The notes beneath the pieces are model-generated. The model searched no databases. It saw only the letters and a list, made by a program, of their open reading frames with translations, and was not told where the DNA came from. A stretch of DNA of 64,000 bases from Hyaloraphidium curvatum SAG 235-1 (taxonomy: Eukaryota; Fungi; Monoblepharomycota), in contig JAIVFI010000002.1 of NCBI GenBank assembly GCA_025558095.1, positions 1,178,001 to 1,242,000 on the forward strand, in the 5' to 3' direction. Below are positions 54,355 to 64,000 of this stretch, piece by piece (position 1 is the first letter of the stretch; every line of letters starts with the position of its first letter). The translations under genes were made by a program, and so were the position numbers.

Positions 54355-55465
54355 TCAGGCCTTGTAGAGCGCCGCCAGCAGCTCCTCCTGCGTGCCAAAG
54401 ACCTCCCGCTCTTTCCTCTCCTCCTCCAGCTCCCCCTCGGTGGCCGTGCCCTCCCTCGCCTGCCACTTGCGCCTCACCCGCGGGTGCACCTCGCCCACCA
54501 CGCCGTCGACCCAACGCCTCGTTTCGCCCGGGAGCACCGCCGGCACCAGGGGCGCCGACGACTCGAGCCCGACGAACAGCACCGCCGACAGCCGCCTCGC
54601 CTCCGTGCCTTGCGCCGCCTCCCCCGAGACCACGCGGTGCTCGGCGGGCAGCACGCGGTCGTTGCTCCTCCACCCCGCGCAGATACCGAACAGCAGCACG
54701 GTGCGGCCGGCGGGCACGGGCACCCATTCCCCGGCGACGTTGACCTCGAGCCCGCCGGTGCCGTCCTGCCAGATGACGGTGAAGGGGCCGAAGTCGCGGT
54801 GCTTGCCGCAGCGCGGGGCCGGGGAGTCGGAGGGGCGGATGAAGTAGTCGGCCATGCGGTAGTTGAAGCGGAGCTCGGCGGGGTCGTAGGCGGCGCCGGA
54901 CGCCAGAGCGAGCGCGGCGACGAGCTTGGGCGCGGCGTCCTTCGACGCCTTCTCAAAGAAGGCCAGGGACTCGCCCAGGCAGGGCCCGATCTCGGCCTCC
55001 AGCCCCGGGTCGGTCTCGGCTATTTGGGCAAGGCGGGCGGGGCTGAGGTCGATGGCGCGCTTCTCGTCGACGTCGGCGGACGACGTGCCCCGCAAGCGCG
55101 GGTCCTTGACGACCGGATGCACGTCGTAGGCCTTGTTGGCCCGCTCGCCGAGGGTCGGGTCGGCATCGAGGCGGGCGAACAGCTGCTCGATGGCGCGGAA
55201 CGGGGCGGGGCCCGCGTTGCTCAGCAGCAGGGCGCCGCCCGCGTTGGACTTGATCACCGCTGCGATCTGATCGATGCCGGCTGAGAGGTCGACCATCGGG
55301 AAGGCGTATTTTCCATCCTGCGATGGCGCATGGGACGTCAGACCCGGTCCTTGACAGGTCGCGGGGAGCGTCGCCCCGGGACGGACCCACCGCGGGGACG
55401 TTCTTGGCGCCATCGATGATCGATCCGCGATCGGGAAGGGTCGTGATGACCGAAACTGAGGCCAT
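54355..55465 (-). CDS. 2OG-Fe(II) oxygenase (IPNS/DIOX-like), one intron
   Basis: FPMVDLS, CGKHRDFGPFT (HxD), GGLEV, HRVV, RLSAVLF (RxS). Confidence 0.88.
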
Positions 55466-56142
55466 GGTTTGAGAGGGGAGACAGCTCGTCGTCACGTGCC
55501 GGAGCGAACTCATCGGAAAACGCGACCAACGTGAACATTCAGTGCCTCGATGGACGCGATAAAGGTCGACGTCGACGACGGCTTGGAACTCCGGAGCTCG
55601 CCGAACGCGATTCTGACGCCGGCGGATTGGCTGCTGCTCCTCCCGTCGCCTCCCAAGAACGAGGACGGACTGGTGTCGCGCAGCTTCCCGGACCCGGCTC
55701 TGGAGCTCCGCAAAACCTTCCCGCTGAACTTTGACGCCTTTGTGGGCGCCCTGGCCTCCCGCTCCGCCATTCTCGCTGGATCTGTACAGACACAGGTTGG
55801 AACCACTGTTTGGTCATCGCGTTGCCGTCGTAACCCTTCTTTTTCTGGCCGGTATGCCTCTATTGGCCGTCGCATGGGTCTTCAACGACGGTGCTTTTGG
55901 CACCAGGCAGCTGGTGGTTGGTACGGTCTGCCTCGTGGTGACCTGGGCGTTGCCGACCGTTTTTCCGGTTCTGTATGGGCGAATCTACGCCGCGTCGCTC
56001 AACGTTTCTCGTTCCGCCGGCCCTTCGATCAAGACGGTACCGACGAGCCGCGATTTTGCTGCCCACGGCGCCGCGGGGTTCGCTCGATGGGCGCAAGCCG
56101 TTTCGGGCCTGCTTGGGGAGAGCAGACTCCTGCAACACGACG

Positions 56143-56262
56143 GAGTCTGGCCTCGCTGATTCCAGGTCGCGCGGCGAATCCCCGAGTCTGGCCTCGCTGA
56201 TTCCAAGTCGCGCGGCGAATCCCCGAGTCTGGCCTCGCTGATTCCAGGTCGCGGGGCGAATC
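56143..56262 (+). repeat. 41-bp tandem repeat x about 2.9
   Basis: GAGTCTGGCCTCGCTGATTCCAGGTCGCGCGGCGAATCCCC starts at 56143, 56184 and 56225. Confidence 0.95.
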
Positions 56263-56295
56263 AATTGGTCGCTCTCCCGCCGCTACCTGCCTGCA

Positions 56296-56450
56296 AGCTT
56301 TGCCGCGGAGCGGCCCCGCGAGCGCCAGCGAGCCCCGCGCCAGCGGGCACGTGCCCCGCCGCCTCAGGCACGCACGTTCCCCGCCGCTCCCTGCACGTCC
56401 CCCGCCGCCACTTACCTTCTAGCTTTGCCGCGGAGCGGCCCCGCGAGCGC
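56296..56450 (+). repeat. 30-bp exact direct repeat (56296-56325 and 56421-56450) in a possible non-autonomous element
   Basis: AGCTTTGCCGCGGAGCGGCCCCGCGAGCGC occurs twice, 125 bp apart. Confidence 0.85.
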
Positions 56451-57260
56451 AGCGAGCGGTCTGGGCGAGGGGCGAAGCCCCGAGCTACAGGGCAGCAGGC
56501 GTATATGACTTTTCGCGCCCAGTTCTTTCCCCCGTGGACGGCCGCCGGCGGCGCGCTGGAAACGGACGTTGAGATGCATACGCACGCTTTTCATGCAATA
56601 AAACCCGTGGGGAAATGCATGGGTAGTGGGATCCCCTCCGGGGGGGCTTCCGGGCCGGTGGTGGCCGGACTTATGGTGCCGCCGTTGACCAGGGATCTTG
56701 GACGCCCGCGGCCGGACGCGATCTCTACACGGACCTGCACCGCACCTTCGCAGCCAAATGGCGGCGCCGTGTGGTCACCTCGAGTCCGACGACCATCCTG
56801 GTTCCCACGATGCTCGTCCTGGTCGTGCTCGTCGTCATCAACGCCGCGGCCTGCTCGTGCATCCCTGCCGGCTACCTCATCTACAGTGCAAACGTCCTGA
56901 GCATGATCCTCATCGACCTCGTCAACGTCAGCGCTGGCAACGCGCAGGTGACTGACATCCGATCAATGTACCTGGATGCCGCGACGGAGCTCGCGGAACT
57001 CCGGCGCCGGGCCTTGCGGATCGGCTCGGCCGACCCCGCGATGCTGGCCGCGCTCGACGCGGACGAGCGGATTCTGCGGTCGTACCTAGACGTGGATCGG
57101 TACCGGGCCACCGTGCTCGGGTTCGTGGTGACGTACGGCGTGGTGAGGACCATCCTCGTGACCCTGCTGACAATCATGGGGCGGCTGGTGGTAATCGGGG
57201 ACCATCACGACGGGATAGCCTCGCAGCGAGGGCCAGCGAGCGCCAGTCAGGAGCCACATA

Positions 57261-57781
57261 ATGCGTGCCGCCCTTCTCGTCGTTCTGGCGGTGCTTTTCT
57301 CCGCCACCGCGGCTCCCGCGGCGCCGGTGGGCGAAGCCGGAAGTGGTCCCTCAAACGGGGTCCCCGCAGTCTTCAAGCGCTCCTGCGGCGAGTGCCTGGA
57401 GACCGAGCTTTGGTGGGTCCTGCTCCAAACTTACCCTGGCCGAGACCCGCGCTGATTCCCGGTCCTCGCAGCGAGTACGCCTTCCCCGGCGCCCCAGATG
57501 GAAGCGTCGCCTGCGTGGCCTACCCGAGGGACCGCGGCGCCCTCCTATATCGCCGCTACTTCTCCGACACATGTCCCCTCCTCGTGAAAGGAAACTGCGA
57601 AAACGGCCCTGACGACTTTTTTGAGAACCAGGCCTCCGTAGAGGCGTGCTACGGCTCGTTTTCCTCTACGACACCAACAACGGGGACTGCAGCTGCTACA
57701 CTTCGACCTGCGTGGCTCCGGCGGCGTTCCCAGGCGGCACTACCTATGTCTACAAGTGTAACGCTTGAGGGCGTGAGCTAG
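57261..57781 (+). CDS. Small secreted Cys-rich protein, one intron (3' end uncertain)
   Basis: Signal peptide MRAALLVVLAVLFSATAA, then a KR site and SCGECLETELC|EYAF...C...C...C...C via an intron at about 57413-57471. Confidence 0.55.
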
Positions 57782-57998
57782 GGTATGAAGGCGCGGAAGT
57801 TCAGTGTGCCATGGATCCTTCAATCTTTGGACGCCCTCCTTGAGGACCATCTGCTCGGGCTCGAGCTCTCACTTCGCCGCCTGATGAAGGCAATTTTCCG
57901 AAAGGAAAGGAGATAGCAGCGTCTGTAACGCGCTTCGGGAAATGGAGCTCGATTTTCGCGGCTTTCATTGCCAGACAGGCGGAATCTGGTGCTTTCAG

Positions 57999-59172
57999 CT
58001 ACATTTTCGGCCTCTCTGCCCTGCCTGAGACCGCAACAACCACTTTCCCCCTCGTCCGCTTCCCCTCCACGTGCGCGTGTGCCTGGGCCGCGTCCGCGTA
58101 CCCATACACCGCGTCGATATGCGGCCTTATACGGTGCTCCGACACGATGCGCGCCAGCTTCTCCAGCTCGGGTCCCGACACGTTGACCACCACGACCTTG
58201 GACGAGGCGGAGCCGAACCAGCCAGTGAGGAGGTACGCGTTGGCGAACTCAGTGACGGAGGGAACGGTGGTGATATCTGTCGAGCCCGATCGGCATTGAG
58301 TCAGCATGCTTTGCCAGCTCAGAACTTGAAGCCTACAAGTTCCTCCGGGCCGCAGCTGGTTCCGGATCTCGGAGAAGGAGCGGTTGCCGAAGCAGTCGAA
58401 CCAGACGTCGAATCTCCCGTCTTCGGTCGCCTCGGGGTCCGCGTCCCGGCTTTTCTCGTGCTCGTGCCCGCGCATGCCGTCCGCGCGGTAGTCCAGGCAC
58501 ACATCGGCCCCCAGTCCCTTCACAAACTCAAAGTTGGGCTCGGAGCACAGCGCCGTGACGTGTGCTCCGAATGCGCGCCGCGCGATCTGCACGGCAAAGT
58601 GTCCGACGCCGCCCGAAGCGCCGTTGACGAGCACCCGCGGCTTGCCCCCCGCAGACGTACGCGCCTGAAGCCCGTAATCCCGGAGGGCTTGCAGCGCGGT
58701 GAGCGCGGCTACGGGGAAGGCGGAGGCCTCCTCGTCAGAGAGCTCGGGGGGAGCGGGCGACACCTGGACCGCGGGGATGGCGATGAACTCAGCCAGGGTA
58801 CCGAGGGCGAAGCCTGCACCGCATATCAGCCCGAATCCGGAGAGGGAGTCCGCGGAACGAACCATTCAGCCCGCCCCACACTCGCGTCTCCTCCTTCACC
58901 CCCTCCACCCCGGCCCCGACCGCCTCCACGACCCCGCAGAAATCAGTTCCCGTCCCCATCGGAAACTTCCTCCCGCTCATGAACGCGTACCGGCCCTTGC
59001 GCACGAACGTGTCCTTGGGGTTCACTGAGGCCGCCCGAACGCGGACAAGCACCTCGCCTGCCCCCGGGGACGGGAGCGGGAGGGGCGCGGACGGAGCGAG
59101 GAGAGTGGACGGGCCGAAGCGGGGGTACTCGATGCGGGTGTAGGTGGCGGGGAGGGAGCCGGACGGTGCCAT
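57999..59172 (-). CDS. MDR-superfamily NAD(P)H quinone oxidoreductase (RTN4IP1/Zn-free ADH-like), spliced
   Basis: EVLVRVRAASVNPKD, GTDFCGVV, VLVNGASGGVGHFAVQIA, RTRGKVVV. Ends RPKM*. Confidence 0.9.
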
Positions 59173-59637
59173 GGTTGCGTTTCGAGTTGCGGGGGAACCG
59201 GCGATCTTCCGTGTCGGTAACGCGGCCGCGACGCTTCTCTGAGACGTGTCCAAAAAATGTGCAATTCCGGGCGCATCGGCCCGGATTCGGGTCCGATTGT
59301 GGCGCTAACACATAATCTATGAAGCCCGTCCGCGAATTTTGGGATTCTCGGGCGGCAGCGGGCGGTGTAGGGGTCCTCAGCGGTGCTGTGCCGGGCCGAT
59401 CCTGGTGGGGAAGCACGAGATCAAAAGGGGCCGAGCGTTCGACAGTACCGTGCCTCAATCCGCCCCTGACGTTGAAACCGACGACGATGGACCGGACAGC
59501 CCAGCATCGACCGAATCGCCGCCGCGCCCCTCCCTCGCCGGGTCCCATGGGCACCCACGGGGTCGAAAACGGCAACGACGGGCAGGAGGAGGAGAGTGGG
59601 CTATCAGGCGGTCGCAACTGTTTTAGTGCAGCCTGCT

Positions 59638-60681
59638 ATGGGCCACAACGTGGACGCGAGGCGCATCGTTGCCGCCCGCTGTGCGCGTGACGGGACCACC
59701 ATCCGAATCCTCGCGGGCCACAAGGCCGGGTTCATGCACCGCACCTCCACCGGCGTTACCGTCTCTACCGCAACCCTGCACGCTGCCCGCGGCATCCTCG
59801 CCGCCTGCCCCGCTGCCTTCCGCATCCTCCGCACCCCGAACGCCGGAGGTGATTCGGTATTCTCCGAGGCCGCGGCGTACGAGGTTCTTCACCGGATGTT
59901 CGGAGCCCGCCTCGTGGCGCAAGAGATGGAGGTGCCCTATCGCGCCCGTGGCGGACCCATGGTCGACTTCCTTGCCTCGGTGCGGGGCGCGCCGTGGGCC
60001 GTCTCCGTGACTCGGTGCTTCCACGGCGCGCCAGAGATGCGGCTGCCGCCGGGAAAGAAGGCGCTCGCGAACCGGGACGCAAGGTTGTTAACGCGGCGTT
60101 CTGTGGCCGGGCTGATGGCGCGGAAGATTGCCGGGCTGGCGCTCGCGGCGGACGCGATCGAGGTGCCGGGCTGCGGGAAGGTGCTGCTGGTCTGGGTGAG
60201 GTCGGGAAGGATGGCCAGGGGCGTGCGGCGCGGGGTCAGGACTGCGGCCCGGGCGCTCGGTGCCGACGCCTCCGGGATCAAGGTCCTCGTGCTTGTCACG
60301 GACCTCGAGCCCGTGTTTGCCCGCGGCTCCCCAAGGCAAGCTGCGGCCTTGGTCAGCCACCCCGCTCGGACGGCGCGGCCGACGGAGGTGCCCCAGGGTC
60401 GAAGTCGCCGGGCACCCCTTCGGCAACCTGGCGTCGCGTCGGCCCGTGACCAAGCACCCCGCTGGACCTGCTTGCGTTCCGTCCCTCGCTCCTGGTTGCC
60501 GAACCCCAAGACCACCATGCTCCACGGCAAGCCGCAAGACACGTTCCGCGCAGACTTCTGTGGAGGTATGACCTGCTTTGCAGAACCCGGCAAAAGACGG
60601 GCCCGTTCGTGGCCCAGTCGTCGGGCAGATGCTTCGTCCACAGCATATCTATTGTATCGTTACTTTGCACGGCTTGACTGA
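59638..60681 (+). CDS. AAC4-like protein (uncharacterised family); start and 3' end uncertain
   Basis: PNAGGDSVFSE...EVL...GARL...EMEVPY...GPMVDF...AVSVTR matches, from memory, the motif order of Dictyostelium AAC4-like proteins. Confidence 0.6.
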   Translation: MGHNVDARRIVAARCARDGTTIRILAGHKAGFMHRTSTGVTVSTATLHAARGILAACPAAFRILRTPNAGGDSVFSEAAAYEVLHRMFGARLVAQEMEVPYRARGGPMVDFLASVRGAPWAVSVTRCFHGAPEMRLPPGKKALANRDARLLTRRSVAGLMARKIAGLALAADAIEVPGCGKVLLVWVRSGRMARGVRRGVRTAARALGADASGIKVLVLVTDLEPVFARGSPRQAAALVSHPARTARPTEVPQGRSRRAPLRQPGVASARDQAPRWTCLRSVPRSWLPNPKTTMLHGKPQDTFRADFCGGMTCFAEPGKRRARSWPSRRADASSTAYLLYRYFARLD

Positions 60682-60888
60682 AGCGGTGAATATAATAGAG
60701 CCGATTTCAGTCTTTGTGCCCCACGGCGAGCGCCACTAGCTTGTCCAGCCATAGAAGTTTTGGTCATTCGGAATGCCCCAAGACTGTCCAGATCAGAGGG
60801 AACCAAGATCAGAGAGAACTCGGCCGGACGTTGGCACAGCACAAGACAAGATCAGACGAGAAAATGCTATTCATCAGTCAGAGAGACA

Positions 60889-63800
60889 TCAGGAAATGAT
60901 GGCGAGCGCTTGTTTCGAGAAAGATGAGCACTGCGAGGCGCAAGTGCCAAGGCCGGTGGCTTGGGCAGCTTGCGCTTGCGCTTTCTCCGCGTAGCCCCAA
61001 ATCTCCACCTGCACGCCCCAGACCGCCGACCAGTCCCACGAGGCCACCATGTTGGGATCGCCCGAGATGCGGAAGTTGCCGTAGGCGCCCGGCACGTAGA
61101 ACTTGGCCGCGGCGTCGTCGGTCAGGGAGCCGGGCACGTCGACCTTCCAGTTGTTGGTCGGCTCGACGACCATCGAGAAGCCGAATGGCACGGCCAGGAA
61201 GCGCTCGACGAAGCGGTTGCCCGAGCGGTCCGTGAAGGTGTTGCTGAAGTCGCCCGTGGGGGTGATGTCGAGGGCCAGGGTGGGCGTGACGCCGGGGATG
61301 GCGGTGCCGTTGAAGCGGATGCCGTAGGGCTTCACGTTGATCTGCAGCATGTGGACATTGTCGAGAGCGCCGAAGTAGTTGCGCAGCGCGGGCTTGGAGG
61401 GGTCGCGCAGGTCCAGGTAGCCGACGCCGGTCGAAGACAGGTTGCCGATAAAGACCGGGTCCATCTCGATCCAGCTCGAGTTGCAGACGCACTGCGAGAA
61501 GGTTTTCTGGTTGTCGAGACCGGCCAGGGCGTCGTTGATCGCCGAAGCGAAATCGGCTGCCGAGGTCGAAGGGTCGGGCAGGCCGTTGGGCATGGCGAAG
61601 GTGGCAGTCTGCGCGTAGCCGAATGCGATGCCCGTCTGGTAGACCAGGTCCAGCGCGCGCATCTTGCGCTCCAGCAGGTTCAGGGCCAGCTCCGAGGTCG
61701 CGGCGCCGACGGCCGCCTCGGATCCCTGGGCGCTCGCGATCAAGGCGCCGATGCGCTGCTGCGCAGCCTGGGCCGACTGCAGCTTCGCCGCCGACTGGAC
61801 CGCCTTGATCTGGGCCGACAGCAGCTGGGTCTGCAGGCCGACCAGGTCGATGCCGGCGTTTGCCACCATCTGCAGGGCGAGTGCGTAGTCCGAGGAGCCG
61901 TCGATCCCCGACGAGATGGCGGGGTTCAGGTAGATGGTCGCCTTGTCCTTCAGGTCCTGGAAGTTGAGCAGGGCCATGCTCAGCGAGGCTAGCGTCGAGT
62001 TGTCCCCGAAGGCGCTCGCGAAGTCGACGTCGATGACCGGCGCCGTAGGCATGTCCTCGATCTTGGCCACGATGCTCATGATGGTGCCGGCCAGCTTGCC
62101 GGTCCCGTCGAAGATCTTGCCCAGGTTCTCCAGCAAGGGCACCAGCTTGTCCAGCTGGTCGACGACCTTCACGAGGGCGGATACGCCGCCGCTCGACGTC
62201 ACCAGCTCCTCCAGTCCACCCGCGCCGGCGCCATCAGTGGCGATCGCGCTGCCAATGTCGAACAGGAACTGGATCACGAGCTCGGCGATGGCGGCGGCCT
62301 CGGACTTCTTGACGCCGGCCGCGAACTCCTCCCGTTTGCCGTCCAAGTCCGCAAGCCTGTCCTGGTACGTCGAGTTGATGGTGTCAAAGGCCGACTGCAG
62401 CATCTGCACGTGCGAGAGGTCCCCCTGCAGCTCGATCAACGCGGAGTCGACGGTCGCCTGCATGGTCGCATTGGCGGCCTGGAGCATGGCCAAGGCGGCG
62501 GCGCCGGTGGTCCCCTGGCTTGCCAGGGCGGTCAGGTTGGCCTCCAGGTTGACCATGGCCTGCAGCTCGCGCTGCACGCCCTGCTCAATGGTGGCGGCGG
62601 AGAGGAAGGGCACCGCGTGCACCGCGGGCGAGCTCCGGGCGGTGCGGAGGTCCGAGATGACGGTGAAGGCACGGGCGACCGCTGCACTCTGGGATCCAGC
62701 GAGCGAGGGGGCGGCGTCGGCGAGGAAGGCCTGGGCGTCCGAGAAACGGCCGGCGGAGACCATCTCATCCGCGCAGCCGGCCACGATGCGGGCAAAGTCG
62801 TCCTCGGGCTGGCCGTACGAGTCCGCGGAGGCCGTTGCGGGCGTGTAGGTGATGTTGCCCGCGCCCCCCCAGGCCAGGTAGGCGTCGGGGATGTAGCTGT
62901 CCTTGTAGCTGGGGCACGACGCCCACATGACCATCTGGTCGAAGGTGCCCTGCGTGTACGTGAAGTTGCCGTCCATGAACTGCATCAGGCCCAGGTATGG
63001 TGCGGGGTACGGCTGCGGGAGGGGCCAGTCCCAGTTGTACCGATCATGCTGCGACCAGACGGCGGCGGCCGGGTGGCGATCCATGCTGATGGTGACTGTG
63101 CGGCGGGGCCGTTAGCATCCTCCGACAGGCAGCAGCGGATCAGGCTCACAATCGGCGGTGCTCAGGATGCCCGAAACGTCGCTATCAAATGACGACTGCG
63201 CCGGCGCCGCCGTGCCGTCCCGGGAAAAGAAGGCGGCGACCTGGGCGGCGCTTGTGCCGTACGCGGCGGTTTTGCCCCCTGCTCGCGTCGTGTAGGGCGG
63301 GATGACGAAGCGGTCGGTCTGGAAGGTGGAGAAGGAGAGGCCGTCCGTTTGGGGCTTGGTCCACAGCGCGGAGCCGTAGTAGTTTTGCAAGTTCCAGTTG
63401 ATAGAGGTCCTGTCGCACCGCGTGATTCCTCCGTCGTTGTTCCCGCTGGTGCACGTCGTCGAGGTCGCACACAGGGGTTGGAACCTGTTCGACCCGGCGC
63501 AGTTGAAGGCCTCTTGCACCTTGGCGTTGATGTCCACGCCCATGGCGCAGGAGGTGAAACTCAAGCGCCACCAGCCGTTCTCCTCGGGACCGGCTCCAGC
63601 GGTGGACACAAGGGAATCTGCATCCGTTGTCAGCGTCCGTCGTCGCTCGAGGCGGCGTGAAACCCACAATAGCCCTGCCGGGTCTTGGTCGACACGAGCG
63701 GGTGGCCGGCGGTCAGCCCGTTCTGCATAATGCGGACCTGCCCAAAAACGTTGCGCGCGCGGACGACCACGTCGGGCCCGAACCGGCCCGAGGCGTCCGG

Positions 63801-64000
63801 ACCCTGCGAGCGGACGTCGATGGCGCCACCGCCGCTGCTGACGATGTTGACGGCGCTGATGCGGAGCTTGGTGAAGCCCGTGTTCGATGCGGCGACGACG
63901 ATGGTGCTGTTGTCCATGACGAAGTTGAAGGCCGTGACGTTGAGCTCAGAGACGGTGGCGAGCGAGTAGGCGCCGTTGGTCGCCTTGCGCACCGCGGCGT
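60889..64000 (-). CDS. Large coiled-coil protein with internal hydrophobic hairpin, putative alpha-pore-forming-toxin-like; 5' end beyond window
   Basis: Three ORFs join in frame through two GT-AG introns (GYY|SLV; ADF|TISMDRHP), giving about 1000 aa or more. Long amphipathic helices flank IAELVIQFLFDIGSAIATDGAGAGG; C-terminus is beta-rich. Confidence 0.65.

Larger units (their letters stand above)
55550..57180 (+). pseudogene. Disrupted multi-pass membrane protein gene (5' part 55550-56160, 3' part about 56800-57180)
   Basis: Hydrophobic segments lie in different frames (frameshift near 55770), a stop falls in the tandem repeat, and a non-coding insert follows. The 3' part has TM segments ending ATVLGFVVTYGVVRTILVTLLTI. 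Confidence 0.5.

Noticed and set aside
56143-56262. 41-bp repeats as a CRISPR array
   Set aside because: The units are contiguous with no unique spacers, no cas genes are present, and the context is eukaryotic.
57470-57660. Kunitz/BPTI domain in the small secreted protein
   Set aside because: Only a loose resemblance (GNCENGPDDF); the six-Cys spacing and the FxYGGC and NNF motifs are not met.
56771-57781. Single 336-aa ORF as one gene
   Set aside because: It runs in frame through the 3' part of a membrane-protein relic and the second exon of a separate secreted protein that has its own ATG and signal peptide at 57261.
49773-58010. C-terminal THL (prolidase) and PKM (MDR reductase) as further PTS1 signals
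   Set aside because: Both are non-canonical tripeptides and too weak to count without a predictor or experiment.
1-64000. Hundreds of long overlapping or antisense ORFs in the six-frame track (for example 33638-35899+, 28047-29738+, 30138-31835+)
   Set aside because: They are Arg/Pro/Gly/Ala-rich shadow frames expected at this GC content, carry no family motifs, and lie opposite or across better-supported genes.

Overview
This is GC-rich (roughly 65-70%), gene-dense eukaryotic DNA. Introns are short (mostly about 35-100 nt) GT-AG introns with CTRAC/CTCAC-like branch points. The gene content looks fungal, and the style fits an early-diverging chytrid or Monoblepharidomycete such as Hyaloraphidium; that placement is inference only. 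About 36 genes or gene fragments are present, and I saw no rRNA, tRNA or CRISPR array. The main signal is in the first 15 kb, which looks like a peroxisomal metabolic gene cluster. Five consecutive enzymes (TauD-like dioxygenase, 4CL-like acyl-CoA ligase, alpha/beta hydrolase, long-chain acyl-CoA synthetase, second TauD-like dioxygenase) all end in a canonical PTS1 (AKL, AKL, ARL, ARL, ARL). They sit near a head-to-head pair of peroxisomal-type enoyl-CoA hydratase 2 and an Ant1/PMP34-type peroxisomal carrier. Between these lies a divergent copper-uptake pair: a Ctr transporter with a Cys/Met-repeat ectodomain and a probably GPI-anchored paralog of that ectodomain. The rest of the window includes a papain-SUEL lectin fusion, two inverted paralogous EGF/Ig secreted proteins, a Sel1/GIY-YIG-like fusion, a PTS2-bearing PhyH, a glycosyltransferase group with a chimeric pseudogene, a disrupted membrane-protein gene with repeats, an AAC4-like protein and a large toxin-like coiled-coil protein cut by the window end. 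Exon boundaries were read by eye, and coordinates of spliced genes are gene spans.
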